A stretch of 63,345 nt of DNA, counting the filler, from Choristocarpus tenellus KU-1152 (Eukaryota; Protista; Phaeophyceae), in the NCBI GenBank assembly GCA_964200185.2. It is 12 parts of 12 records of this genome, joined end to end, with 100 filler letters (N's around TTAATTAATTAA, not from the genome) between each part and the next. Parts side by side here need not be neighbours in the genome. Positions count along the whole stretch, not along the records: positions 30,212 to 39,344 come from CAXNAD020003958.1; positions 39,445 to 44,032 come from CAXNAD020013887.1; positions 44,133 to 46,807 come from CAXNAD020025743.1; positions 46,908 to 50,325 come from CAXNAD020020168.1; 8 more parts are not named here. One strand, given 5' to 3'. Below, in pieces: positions 33,401 through 46,979 of this stretch; the first letter of the stretch is position 1; each line of letters begins with the position of its first letter. The notes under the pieces were generated by a model that saw only the letters and a program-made list of their open reading frames with translations, searched no databases and had not been told where the DNA came from. A program made the position numbers and the translations under genes.

Positions 33401-35841
33401 GTTGCAATGAGTTCCCTTCCTTTCTTCTACTGGCATCCTTTTTGATAAGCATGTCTCACTATACTACTGAATGGATTGTAGGTGCCATGGAGGGATGAAA
33501 AGCATCCACATCCACAGAGGTGGTAACTACTGCAACAAGAGATGGAGAGAAAAAAGAACTTACAGTGGTACCGTGGAAGCTCATGTATCCCAGGGCAATA
33601 GTGCAATAGTCTCACTTGCTGATGATGCCCCCTTCATGAGGAAAATCTCCAAAGATTGAATGCAACACCTTTCGAGCATGAGAGGAAATCAGTGAGGGTT
33701 TCCCCTAAAATATTAGGAAGGGTGGATAGATGAGTTTACAATAGTACACAATTCATACAAACCCAATGGCTCAACGCACCACAGTCATTAGCTTTTCTCG
33801 CCCCAAGCACCCCATCAATATCGAGCAGGGAAGGGTTGGTTCAGTCAATAGTCCTGCATGGACGTGATTGCTGAGCATTTTTTCAGTTTCGTCCTATTTT
33901 GAATTTGAAATATATTGAAAATAGATTGTGGCAATGTAGATCGCTCGTGTATTCTTCAAAGCACTACAAGATGGTCTCACTAAGAAGGATTAGAGTAGTC
34001 CCAACAACACGAGGTTTGGTGATCAGGATTGAAATTTCAACAGCCAAATCATTGCAAGGAAGGAATAGACACCCTCTGTAGGATTTGTGAGGAAATATGC
34101 TTTCATTAAATGTCACCACCATTGGGGTTTCTTTGACATCTGTATATTTACGCTTCACCAAGCTATTAAGTTAGTTGCGCGACAAGAAAGTCACTATCAA
34201 GATTTCGGCTTCTGAGTATAATATATGAATAAGCAATGACTGATTGAAGTCTACAAGAGACGCTACTTCATAGTCCTATGTAGACTGTTCCCCAAATGTA
34301 TCTCATGGGTGTGAACCCCACGACTTTTGTTCTCTAGAGACCGGTTTCGGAAATGAAATTCGATGGGGTAAGCACTTCAGATTGTACACCTGACCTGTAC
34401 TACCCTGTTTGTCGTTATGCCACTGAAATGGGCAAGACCCCAATGAGTTGACAAGACTTCGTTGTGAAGCAAATTCAAGGCGGATCCAAGAAAACTTTTG
34501 AGAGAGAGGTGGAGTGACGAGGACTGGAATGAACGCAACGTGTGAGAGGCGAGAAAATAATGATTAGTTGCAGCGCAGCAAAAGTTGGTATGAGATGTGG
34601 TGAATAATGTAGTGTGTAGCGCCTCTGACCATGGGTTGGGATAGCCCCAAAGTCAAAGGGAAGAAACAATTTAAAATTAATATTTCAAAAAGTGTTGTGG
34701 ATATTTCCTTTTTTGTTCTGGAGCCTTGTAACATGACACACTACAACAAGAGCAAGGTAGCCCTATGAGTTTTTGTTTAATATTTGTATTAAGCTCGCTG
34801 CATAAGCCAACTTGTTACGAACAATTGCTTGTTCGACTGACAGTGGTGCTATGAGAAAACATGTAGTGCACTACTAGGTACTCCAGAGTAGATATAAAGA
34901 GAGCACCGCCGAGAGTCAAACTAATTGAGAGGTAGGTAGGGTTGCATTTTAAGGTTCCCCTGGACTGTCCAGATTTTGTCGCTTTTATCATCTGCGGAAA
35001 GAGCCCACAACTATTTGTATTTTGTGTTGTATGAGCACCTTTTTGCTGCTCTCTTGTGTGTGCAATTGCACAGTTCAGTTGTTGTACAACTAAGCAGTTC
35101 CTATTTGTGTTGTTGCAGTGTTGTCTGTGGCCACCACCATGATGCATATTTCCCTTCCTGTTGTTTTTTGTTGTTGTGGCAAGATTGTATGACTATATGT
35201 TGTTACGTCGATCTTTGCTCAACATTGTGCCAACATCTTTTCATACCAATACACAATTTAGTCCCGAGGAACGCCATAAGTTTGAGGTTATCATTGTTTC
35301 TACCCAACACCAATAAGTGTGAATACCCATACATCATGTTTCCACAAAGTGATTAAGTAGTTGTGTACCCTGCCCACATCCAAGTATGAAACAAACCCTA
35401 CGCCCATTTTCTTAAAAAAGCCCACTTGGAGACCATGGTGATGAAAAGTAATTGCGTCACCCTCACGTACGACTTCTAAGGTTCCTAATTGGACTGTTGA
35501 CACAAGTGGAAGGTGCCTTCAAATATCTTCACCGATATTTTCATATTTTCTAATCGCCAAGGAGGAGTTAAGGTCCAATTATTGGGCGAAGATCCTCGTG
35601 TGGCGACTTTCTTGTTCATCACAAAAAATATATATTCATCACACACTGGCCCTAACTAAAGTCTTCACACCGTGAATGCCCAAACGTACACATATACATT
35701 TTCTCTACTGTAATTGTTGTGAATGACACAAAACACTCATAACCCAACAGACCCCAACTCCCTCAAAAGTTGAACACCACTAGATATGTGATAACTATAT
35801 GTCACAAAATATGTTGAGAAGAGAACATCATATTCATAAAA

Positions 35842-36087
35842 GAGTCAAAGTATCTTAGAGGGTAGAGTCGCGTCCGTTTGGGGGCCAAAATTCAATGTCG
35901 CGATTTTGATGTAATTTTGGCCATTGTGTTCGTTAGGAAGTGTCAATATCCTTGTTCCGGACATACCTTTTCATAACATACATTTTACCTACTCCAAAAC
36001 GTTTCGGAGTCCTTAAAAACCCGTGGGAAGCCAAGCCCCAAACGGGCACACAGGGCAAAACTCGTACCCCCTAAGATACATTCACTC
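35842..36087 (-). mobile_element. MITE family A
   Basis: Both TIRs present; AAAA flanks. Confidence 0.9.
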
Positions 36088-37813
36088 AAAAGTCTCCCAC
36101 CCCCCTGTCATTTTATGCGTGTACAAGAGAGCAGCAAGTTTCTGCTTTGCTGTTGTATCTTCCTTTGCCCCCTTCCCTATAACAAGATGCTACAAACTCT
36201 GAAATCTCCTGGACTACTTGCTCCTCCCCTTCACTCTTTCTGAGCCAAGTCCCCTTATTCCTCTGACAAAACTGCGCCAACTGTATCAGGTCTCTTCCGT
36301 ATGCGACCACAGTGTGGTCGGCGATCCCTCCTCTGGACAGTTTTCCTGGGATACCATAGGACACAATATTTCTCTCTTCTGTCCTAAAGGCACCTACGGC
36401 CATGACATTATAGGATCGGCTTGCACGTCTTTGATATCTAGTGCTTCCGTCCCGAACTCCCGTTCGCTATCCACAAAATAATCACATTAACTAATGCTCG
36501 GGCTTCCGACACCAACTCCCTAGTGTTCCTACGACCAAAATTGATCTCATGGTGTAACCTGCCCTTCAATCTTTTGCCCCTCCACATTTAGTAACCCATG
36601 GGATCGCTGATAAATTTCATCCCCTTGTTAAGAGTAAAATCCACACATTCGGCTATGTATTAGTAGTCTGAGTTCATGCACATGCAAAAAATATATATTT
36701 GTAAACCCCTTGTCCATTTAGTTCCTTTCTCTCAATGTATCCCGTATGCGAGGGGTTATTCACTATGTGTATATAGCGGGTTTCAAACGTTTCTATTGCC
36801 TGAACAAGGGGTGCCACTTTTTCGAGAGCCCCATTATACCAAGTGAAGAGTTTTGTGTACTGTATTTTCTCGAATCAGACAGGTGTTTCCATGTGTTGGC
36901 AAAGACCTTGGAAACGATACCTCCGTTGGACACAAGAGTTTTTTCAAGTGCCAACGATTAGTTAAGTCCTCTTTGTCCTGATTTGGAGTTGAAAATATCA
37001 AATTTCCATCCAACCGTGGTTCTTAACATGCCCTTCCTTTAACCTGTGTCTGCAAATCACGACCATTGCGGCAGGAACATTGCTGGCATAGGTCCTAGCA
37101 GACTTCCTTCTTTGTAGTGACAGCCAATCCGGGGCATTGTTGGAGCTAAATGTGATTCACATCGATTTCTTCTTCATACCGTACATCCATTCTGAAACCT
37201 CACCTTAAACCTTGGCCTTCTACGTTCATTCTCTAAATCTGACACGAGTGTCGCTTGATAAAAGGTGGACAATATGTAACAGTACTTCATGGCGTCAATT
37301 TTGCAATTCATGATGCTTTCAACTCCATATGAACCATGTTTCTTTACCCTAATTTTTCATTCTTGCTTCATGAACCCTTTCCTAGTGCCTGCCACACATG
37401 TTTGGGATTATAAACAATATGTCAGGCTCAAAAAACCTGAACTGAACGTTTTCACATACATAAAGAGCCCAACCACACGCTACTCCACCAGGCAAGAGAG
37501 GGATGAAACAACATTTGCGCAGGTGCAGTGTAGAATACCAAGAACTCTAGTGTCCTCACCGTGTCAACATTTGTGTGACGTTAAGGATGACATAGAAGTA
37601 TTGAATAGACTGCCATATTTGACCCCCCCTCTGTAGACATTAATAGTGTTATTCGCCATTCTTCATACGAATTGTGTACATAAATATCCCCATATAAATA
37701 TCGAAACAGGTTGACTGAAGGATAGAAAAACACAGTTACTTACATCATCAGTACCCAAATATTTAAATAGCCCCTTGATTTCATGCAGTATGTACTGGTT
37801 CCATGTTATTTTA

Positions 37814-38071
37814 GAGTGAAAGTAGCTTAGAGGGTGCGAGTTTTGCCCTGTTTGTCAATTTGGGGCTTGGCTTCCCATGTTTCTTTTATGACATTTTCCT
37901 ACTCCAAAATATTTCGGGGTGGGTAAAATATATGTGTTATGAAATGGTGTGTCCAGAATATGGATATTGACACTTCCTAGCAAATACGATAGCCAAAATT
38001 ACACCAAAATCACAACATTGGATTTAGGCCCCCAAATGGATGCGGCTCTACCCTCTAAGATACTTTGACTC
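37814..38071 (+). mobile_element. MITE family A, flanks not duplicated
   Basis: Consensus match; flanks are TTA and ATT. Confidence 0.9.
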
Positions 38072-39344
38072 ATTGGCAAGAACAACGTCTTTCATTCCAC
38101 AACAGTGCGTGTACCATTTCAGCAAGACATCACATGACAAGGAGCCCCACTCAAGTATGTGATACAAGTACAACTCCTTCGTGCTCTGTGGTGAGTGTGC
38201 AACATGATTTTGACCCTGTACCTGTTCGTGTACATAAACAGTATAACATACCACCTGGTCATGAAATCATTGTACGTTGCTCAACTGATACTAGTCCGTC
38301 ATTGGATACTGCCGTGGTAGTGGAGCCAGTCATACACTCCATGCCTGCTGTAGATCAAACCACTGAACCTACACACCCATGGAATCGTATCGTAGCTGCT
38401 CGCACCCTCAGTATTTGGTCAGCAAGTAGTAATAGATCAGTATTGGTTCAAATGGCAAATCCAACAACACGGAAAGTACGTATCAAGAAGCATATTGTGA
38501 TAGGTCACTTAACCCCAATTTCAGATCAGATAGCAATCACTGTTAGTGCTCTAAATAATGATTCTGCTCCGTTCAGTAAAGCTAGAGAGGAGTTACATCA
38601 AGCCTTCACCAAGTCAAACGCATTCAAAGATACCACGTTCAATCAGTCACAAGTGTCTCAACTTTTAGACCTCTGTGCCCGTTACAGATCAGTCTTTTCG
38701 TTGAAGGCAACAGAACTAGGCAAATGTACTCTAGCTGAAGCAGAAATTCCTATAGAGCCTAGTACCAAACCTGTTGACAGGAACCCTTACAGAGCAAACC
38801 CCCGTACTCAACAAGTAATTGACTCGTGTGTTAATACTATGGAAGAGCAAGGCATTGAGTAAACGTATCTGAGAGGGTATGAATTTTTCTCTGTTTGTCC
38901 ATTCGGGGCTTGGCTTCCCATGGGTTTTTTATTACATTTTCCTACTCCAAAATGTTTTGGAGTAGGTAAAATGCATACGTTATGAAAAGTTGTGTCCAGA
39001 AGAAGGATATTGACACTTCCTAATAAATACGATAGTCAAAATTACATCAAAATCGCAAAGTTGAATATTGGCTCCCAAATGGACGCGACTCTACTCTCTA
39101 AGATACATTGGCTCATTAGTGAAAGATGTGCCAGCCCTTGGGGTAGTCCTGTTACTATTGTGGCCAAATCTGATGACTCCCCACGATTCTGTGTAGACTA
39201 TAGGTCAACTGTTAACAAACACCTTGTTCGACAGACTTAGTCTATGCCTGATATGGAGTCTCATATTGATACTGTTGGGGGTGCCAAATTTATCACCGTT
39301 TGTGATATTTAGAGTGCATATTGGCAGATTCCTGTTGCTGAGAA
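38072..39344 (+). mobile_element. Ty3/Gypsy pol fragment (pre-RT linker and RT N-terminus), pseudogenised
   Basis: ELGKCTLAEAEIP, PYRANP, SPWGSPVTIVAKSDDSPRFCVDYR, SAYWQIP; two in-frame stops and a MITE insertion. Confidence 0.9.
38857..39114 (+). mobile_element. MITE family A inserted in the Gypsy RT
   Basis: ATT target duplication; removing the element restores EQGISERCASPW. Confidence 0.93.
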
Positions 39345-40035
39345 NNNNNNNNNNNNNNNNNNNNNNNNNNNNNNNNNNNNNNNNNNNNTTAATTAATTAA
39401 NNNNNNNNNNNNNNNNNNNNNNNNNNNNNNNNNNNNNNNNNNNNCGTTTCCTTAAGCCACTCCGGCTCGCACAGCTTCCAAACAGCCAGTGCCTGCTGCA
39501 ACTGTCGACTACTAAATATTCTACACCTGGGTTTTCGCTTAGGCGTTTCCTGGGCGCAATGGCACGCAGTCGCACTGCTCTCTTCCCCAAACTTCCCTTC
39601 GGCCGGCCACTCTGTTTCCTTTGCCCACCGTGACCAGGCTTCCCCACAGACTTCGTCACTGTACCACCTGGTGATCGACTCGCCGCTCTCTTCTTGTTTT
39701 CCCGAGGTGGTAGAGACTGCAGAGCAGTGCTTTGATATGGTTGAAGACCCAACCACATTTATGTGGAAATGCTTGCAATGCATCTTCTCTCAGCATCATT
39801 GTCACGACCGTGTGGCTGCTCCACACTACTCGCACTTTCTCGTAACCTAACATTGCACTGAGTGTCACACAGTACTTGCTTTCCGGCCCCTCTCCACAGT
39901 GAAGGTGCCGTGGGTAGATCCAGAGGGCAGAGTGGCCTCGGCGACTCTCCTTGTCTTACCGTCGTGGTTCATGTTGTTGTGTAAGTCACGTGTGTGTGTG
40001 CTCATAGAAAGTCTGCAAAAGGTGTAAGAAAGATG

Positions 40036-41989
40036 TCAAAATAAAAAGATATCCGGAAATCTTGAGTTTTTTTTCTGCTTCTTTTTCGATAGGGCTGCAC
40101 CAGCCAAACTTGGGCAGCGACCTAATCCGGACCAGGTTTCTGGAAGGAGTTCAGCCAACCACTTCATTTTTGTCCATTTTGAAGTCGTGACCTTCAAAAT
40201 TGCACCGGAGATATTCCCCCCCACTTTTCCCATTATTATAGTGGGACATAGTTCCCGTTCAAGGTTGTACATTCCGGGATACAAACCTTCAAAAGCTCTT
40301 GTCATAAGCTTTCATTTGATACATATGTTTTATATCTGTTGCGGTGATATGGTGAGAAAAAGCTATATTGCCACAGAGGGTGAAGCTACTGGTACCACCT
40401 TAGCAGCATTTCGTACTACACTATTGTTGTGCCCATTGACATATTACAGTGTGACAATGTTGCAGGGATTGTCATGTACTGTATGTAGAAAATCAAGAAA
40501 AAACGAAAGAAGACAAAAGCTAGGCTCCTCTGGGTTGGGCTTAACACCTCAAGAGTTGTACGTCAGACAGGGGAGGGGACAAGAGAACAAGGCACAACTC
40601 CTTGCAACTTTCCGCACAAGGGAGCTTATGTTGAAGTTGAGATTCTGGGTCGAAATCTGACCTATACATGGACTGCATCTGTTATAATGGGACTCAAAAT
40701 CCAAGTAATTCACAAAGAGAAATAGCTCCCATGTAAGATCCAATACCGGTATGTGCAAACAAACAGACAGATGGAGAGACAGGAATCACTTGGTCTTACA
40801 TGGCATATACAGGAGAGGGATCAAAAGGGAACTGTATAGATTCAGTGCTGGTGAGGTTTTCTATATTCTTCAGGATCTTTTTTAGGATGTGCAAGGGTGA
40901 GGGCGAGTCTATGTTCGAGTGTGAGAGCCGGTATTGGTTATATACAGATGTAGGTGACCAATGGATAGATGAGAGATACTTGAAAGGGGAATATCAACTT
41001 TGAGTAAGCTATTGTGCACATATTGTGCTGGAGAAGAAAGGCCACTTAGAATGCAAAGGGCCCAAACCTGGCTATCTCTCCATTGGTTTGACTCAGTCTG
41101 TTACTTGAACCCCTCGTATCACCATATATATCATTATACACACAATCCATTAAAGGCATGATTTAGTTCTTATTGGTACATATCCTAGAGAGTGGAATCT
41201 TACATCTCCACCAGGGTCTATTCTACCCTCCAGGTCCTATTGCACATCACAATATTTTGAGGTCTTCTCCCCTGCATCTTCCACGTCTTCTTCCAGCTCC
41301 TCCAACAAACCAATAGTTACCCTCATTACTACAACCTTGCCAAAGACAATGTCGATATCCTTTCACAACTACCTCTTTCTGCTTTGTTCGCACTTCTTTC
41401 TGATCATGACGAAAAGAGAGGGTATGCAGGCAATTGCCTTCCACAGAGTGGGCGAAGACTCTTACCATTGCAGCTGCCCACTACTAGTTGTTTCAGAAGC
41501 TTCCTCCTCGTTTGATTCCTCCCAGTGCTCTTCTCCCTATTGACACCAAGCCCCAGCACCACTGACATGGTTATCAATACCATTAACTGGCAAGTTCAGC
41601 CAGAGGTAGAGATCCTGACTGTGCGTAAAATCTCCCTTCCACAATAATATTAATCGTAGCGGTGAACTACTTCACTGGACCAAGAATAGTCAATTCAAGT
41701 CGAAATGTGCTGCAAAATGGCCGTCAGTAACCTTCATTCCAACTACTCACTGCATTGCTCCCTCAACTCCAGTTGATCTCCCAAAAAGCTAGTGTTTGCA
41801 CTTCAGGGTAGATATATTAACGAGGTCTTGTTCCATCTCTTGTGGATGTTGTAATCTTGGTAACCAACTATTCATGATGCCCTCACCCTGTCTATTCTCG
41901 TCCTCTTCCTCGTGGTCATAGAGAAACTTCCTGAAGATCCATCTCACATCACAGGGAAACATATAGGAAGGAGAATCTTTACTTGGCAT
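40036..41989 (-). pseudogene. Possible decayed multi-exon gene or transposase of unknown identity
   Basis: Two phase-compatible exon-like blocks (...PSPVYAM|SDFDPESQ...) plus stop-interrupted ORFs; no recognisable family. Confidence 0.2.
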
Positions 41990-43992
41990 GTTGCAGATTG
42001 GAATATGAAGAAAAGGTTCAAGAGTAAAGATTCAGCTACCAAGAAGAGACCGATATTTTACGGCGAATGAAGTGGTCACTACAAGCGCCTCGTTCATAAG
42101 AAAAAACAACAGGACTTGTAGTAGTAGCGCAGTAACAATAGTATAGTAATAGTGGTGTGGTGGGTCGCTGATGCGAGGGGGTGAGGATATTTATGCGAGG
42201 TGATTTTGTTGCAAATGTCCTTGTTTATCTATGCTTACTACCCACGAGTTTTTCTTGTAGGTGTTGGTGATGGCGCTGTCCAATCACGCTACGCGAAAGA
42301 TTTTTTTGTGAGAAGAGAAAGTCTAACTCACATCACCATCTAGAAAGGAGCTTGCACGGCACAGATTTCTCAAGAGGTTTTGTTGGTGTAGACTGGAAGG
42401 AACAAGTATGAGGCCATCATTCAAGGCCTCAGACTTTCACCTTGGGGAATGCTGACCTCAACGGGAGGAGCGCTCTGCAACTTAGAAACATGTTCTGACA
42501 TGGTGGGCACCAGACATTTGAACGTAAGCTGAGCATTGTCCACATCAAGATCATGCCAAATGTAGCGCAGATAGCAAACAGTCATATTGAAATAGAGCAC
42601 AAACAACGAGCTCAATAACAGAAGAATCGACTAAGTCATATTTGGTGATCAGTTGATCTTGATGAACCAGATGTAGCTTAGTATAATACAGTACTGTCTT
42701 ACAAGTAACTCTACTTAATGTTCGAAAAGGGCACTGAGCATCAATAATGGTGGAGTGTCACCATATCTGGTACTATGGATAGGTTGTGATACTACCACTG
42801 TACTTTGTCTGGTTAGGACTTAAGGCCCAAGTTTCACTATCATGACAAAAAACCCTAACCCTAACCCTAACCCTAAGTGTACATTTTGTTGTGTTGACTA
42901 CTCCAGAAGCACAAAGCTAAATAAGGAAGCTCACATACGAAATATGACAAACGAGGCAGGTCAACCCATGGAAGAGAACAAGGCGAAGAGCAAGGATGAG
43001 ATATGTATTAATTCATTTTTGTTGAGCTGATCTTGCACTGTGAGTCTGCACAACACACCATTAGCCTGCATTGTGAAAAATGTTCACTTTGGCATGTAAA
43101 CACTACCCCGTAAGCCACACTCTCTTCCACACCTGCTTTGAATCGTCGACCTTCCATGAACACTACAACTATGTATTACACTAACTAAATCGAAACATCA
43201 CGCTAAAGACAAAATGTAACATTCCTGGTTCTAATGACCCTTGAATCATGCACCCGTTGCCCTTACACCAAATCAAACCTTGGTTCCAAAGACGTATTTG
43301 AGCTTTTCTACTGCAAAGCTCAATTTTATGATACCTGTAAAACAAACAATGCCTTTCAAGGTTGAATGTGTGTGGGCAAGAGAGGATGATCTACCTCTGA
43401 CGTTACTACAGGCACAAAGCACTTTGAAGCAGCTACGAATTATACCATTGTCTTAACTTTACCACACAATACACCCAATAAAATCTTCTCCGTTTGCAAG
43501 AACTGTAGCAAAACAAAATCAACCATTTTGCCTCCTACATCTCACCCATTTTTGCTTTTCCACCATAGACACCAGACAAAGTCGTGATCAACACAAAAGA
43601 GGCTAACAGTAAGGTCCACCCAAAGATACCTACAACAACCTTGCCAACATACTAGAAGGATCAAATCAGGGAAGTCTATGCTAAACACACTGGTAGAGGG
43701 GCGGTGATGCAAGGCGGTAATTCCACGGCAGCAAACAAGTGCAGTTCTCATCATCTTCAACACAATGTTTTGTTGACGAATAGGGATGCATGGTCACAAA
43801 CGACCATTATTTCACCACTGTACTAAACCACACATCACATTTTCAAAGTTTGAGTTGATGTGTACGTTCCTCACCTGCTCCCTTCAACACATCCCCACCC
43901 ATGTGTATAAATTACATCCTCAAGCGGCAAAACACAGCCTCCATAGTAATACTAATTCCAGTCAAAGCAAACCTACCTCTGCCTGATCCTTT

Positions 43993-44032
43993 GAGTGAAA
44001 CTATCTTAGAGGGTACGATTTTTTCCCTGTTT
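43993..44032 (+). mobile_element. MITE family A, 5' end only
   Basis: GAGTGAAACTATCTTAGAGGGTAC at the contig end. Confidence 0.8.
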
Positions 44033-44132
44033 NNNNNNNNNNNNNNNNNNNNNNNNNNNNNNNNNNNNNNNNNNNNTTAATTAATTAANNNNNNNNNNNN
44101 NNNNNNNNNNNNNNNNNNNNNNNNNNNNNNNN

Positions 44133-46131
44133 AGGGGATCATCTATTGATGCTGCCTCCCAACCAATGGAATCGCAACCTGCCCCCCCCCAGGGCATCAT
44201 CGACAGCAGGGGCGACTGCATCATCTGCAAGAGCTCCAGGGCCAACTGTAAATGTAGGTACGGCTCTGATGGCAACTCCTGATGATTTTGCAGCTGTAGC
44301 GATTTCAGGGGCAGGGTTAGTGGGGCTGGGTGCAGAGAAGAGTGCAGGGGGAGGGGGCGACAGGGATGAGAGTATTGTGTCACAACCAGGTTCTAATTTT
44401 GTTCATGATGGGGAACAAAGTGGTGCTGGCATTTGCCATACAGTTGCAGGGGCGACGGGATGGGGGAAAGAGTTTAGCATAGATGAGGGGGCACCTAGGA
44501 AGGACCCCAACAAGGACGAGTTGAAGAGTGAAGGTGAAGGTGAAGGAGAGTGTGGACGGGGGTTATGTAGGCAGCAATTGCAGTCAAGAGACATGGTGCA
44601 GTCGTTCCTTTCTCAGGAGGGGTCAGAGCCTCCCTCCCTCCCCAAGCTGATGGCTTTGGGAGGGGCTGGTGGATTACCTCTGGCCACCACAAAGGTTAAA
44701 GTGGCACGTGGGGGGGAGCTGAGGGTGACTCCACGTGAGAAGATGCAGGGAGGGGCAGGGGAGATCGGGTTGGGAGTTGCCGTTACAGGTTTGAGGTCAC
44801 CTCGAGGGGGGGGGGAAGTAAGGCACCAGCTGGCATCGCCTGATGTAGTGGGCTTGAAAGGGGTGACATCATCAGTATCGAAATCGGGAGTGTTATCACC
44901 TGTTGCGACAGGGATGAAGGTGGAGTCCCATAGGGACAAGGGGGTGGCTCAAGTGCAGCAGGTTGAAGGTGTCGTAGCTGCACTGAGGAAACACAGCCAA
45001 CACACAATGCTCAGAAAGTCGAGCCCGCTGCCAAAAGACCTGAAAGGAAACTGTCGCCTGGGCTGGGGTTCTGGGTTAGGCGGGGCCGTGAATAAGGCCG
45101 GGGGAGCAGCGGTGGTGGTGTCGGAGCAGGTGTCAATCCCCTCAGGTGGCAATGGAGGTATGGGGGGAGGTTTGGTGTCATTGTCTGTTGGTGTAGAGGA
45201 TGGTGGTGATGGGGGTGTGGGATGTAGCAGGAGTTGTTCGACTGTTACTGGGGAGGAGGAAGGTGAAGGGAGAGGGGGCCTGAGGGAGGAATTGGATGGT
45301 TTGATAAAAGGTACACCTGGTGGAGGGTGTGACGGTGTGGTGAAGGGTGAAGGCGTTTTGATAAAAGGCAAGGGTGATAGGGGTTGTGGGTTGGAGGGGG
45401 GGAGTCGTGACAGTGGCGGTAAGGATGAAAGTGAGGAGGAAGGGGAGTCGGCAGCTGTGGCGCAGGCAAGGGGGCTGTTCCGGACAGGGCTGATCACAGA
45501 GGAGGAGTTGAGGGCAATTGTGGAAAAGGATCAGGTTAGTACTTTTGCGGTCATCTCGTGAACCCTAACCCTACTAGGGTTAGGGTTTTATTTTGTGTTT
45601 TTTGTTGTGAGCTCTTCTTGTGTTGGTTCGGGGTGGTACATGCTCCTGTCGACATTCTTTTTTTGTGTTAAGTGAGTTTTGGGGGGTTTGATATGTTCAA
45701 TTTGGTTTTGTGCGTGACTGTCCGTCCGCGCAGGGGTCTTTTGGTTGTTATGTTTCCCTAACCCTTCACATGAGAGCACCGTTACTTGCACTGCAACCAT
45801 GGGTGTAAACCCCGATCAGTAATTCAGCATCCTTACCAGCACCAACCCTAAGCCCCGCAGCTCTATTGTTTGTACATTGTGGGGTAGAAGGCAGTCATAG
45901 CCCTGTCTGATCCTAATTCTAATGTGATTAACCCCAAACCCTAGTCCTCCTTATTTTGTTACCCCAATTAGCAGCTGGCTTAGTAGTTGTTGGTGCTATC
46001 ATTGTGAAAATACCATACAAGTATGAAGTCATGCCTGATATAAAAAGACGTGCATACTGTGTTGCTCCTCTTGCCCTTCCTTCCATGTGATATTCCAGCG
46101 TGTCCCTTAGGTGAACTCTATTGCCCCCTTG

Positions 46132-46192
<61 letters not shown>

Positions 46193-46433
46193 CTTCCCTG
46201 CTACTGCACTGTACCTTCTCCTATCCTAACTATCCTCACTATCCTCATAGGTGTTCAAGGAGGCTGTGGAGGAGCATTCATTCTTGGATGTGCAGTTCTG
46301 TGTGAGTCAAGCGTTTGGTGAGTCATGGGCGAGCAAGCGTGCCCGCATCAAGGCTGCTTCGCCAGAGGGTCACAAGTTGGGGTGGGGTCTTGTGAGCATC
46401 ATTGTCAAGAGCAATGATGACCTCAGACAGGAG
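44133..46433 (+). CDS. Phosphatidylinositol 4-kinase (type III beta-like), two internal exons (<=44133-45534, 46251-46433)
   Basis: FGESWASKRARIKAASPEGHKLGWGLVSIIVKSNDDLRQE is the entry to the PI4K catalytic domain; phase-0 GT-AG join to a long Gly-rich exon. Confidence 0.88.
46133..46190. repeat. (CA)n microsatellite, intronic
   Basis: Visible directly. Confidence 0.95.
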
Positions 46434-46979
46434 GTGAGGAGGGGGTGGGTGTGTACGGTGGGGATAGTGGTCTGAGAACTGACATGGCATGGTGCAGGTG
46501 GATGACCCCTGTCAAGTGATTATTTCCTTTTTTGGTGTGGGTGCTCTGGGTCACTACTTGGTGATCTTTCCAGTCCTCTACTTTTTAATCTTGTTTTTTT
46601 TCTTTTGTTGCTCTCTACCAGTCACTACTTGGTCCACGTTTTGTTTGTGGAGTGATACTGTTTTACTATTGATGTGTGTGGTGTGACTGTACAATGTAAC
46701 TGTAACATGTTGACCTTTTGTTTTTCACGTAAGGTACAATACCTTATGTGTGTTCCGTCTATTTGCTAACACCCTCCCCCCCCCCTCCCCTGCTACTCTC
46801 CACCTCTNNNNNNNNNNNNNNNNNNNNNNNNNNNNNNNNNNNNNNNNNNNNTTAATTAATTAANNNNNNNNNNNNNNNNNNNNNNNNNNNNNNNNNNNNN
46901 NNNNNNNGGAAGCACCCCACCATGACACACTGGTGATTCTAAACACCCCCCATGACTGATTGGACCCTGCCTAACACAC

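Noticed and set aside
38857-39114. MITE A as an introner
   Set aside because: A GT lies near the 5' end of this copy but there is no terminal AG, and no copy forms a complete intron in the host genes.
44949-45497. 182-aa Pro-rich minus-strand ORF
   Set aside because: Antisense shadow of the Gly-rich PI4K exon.
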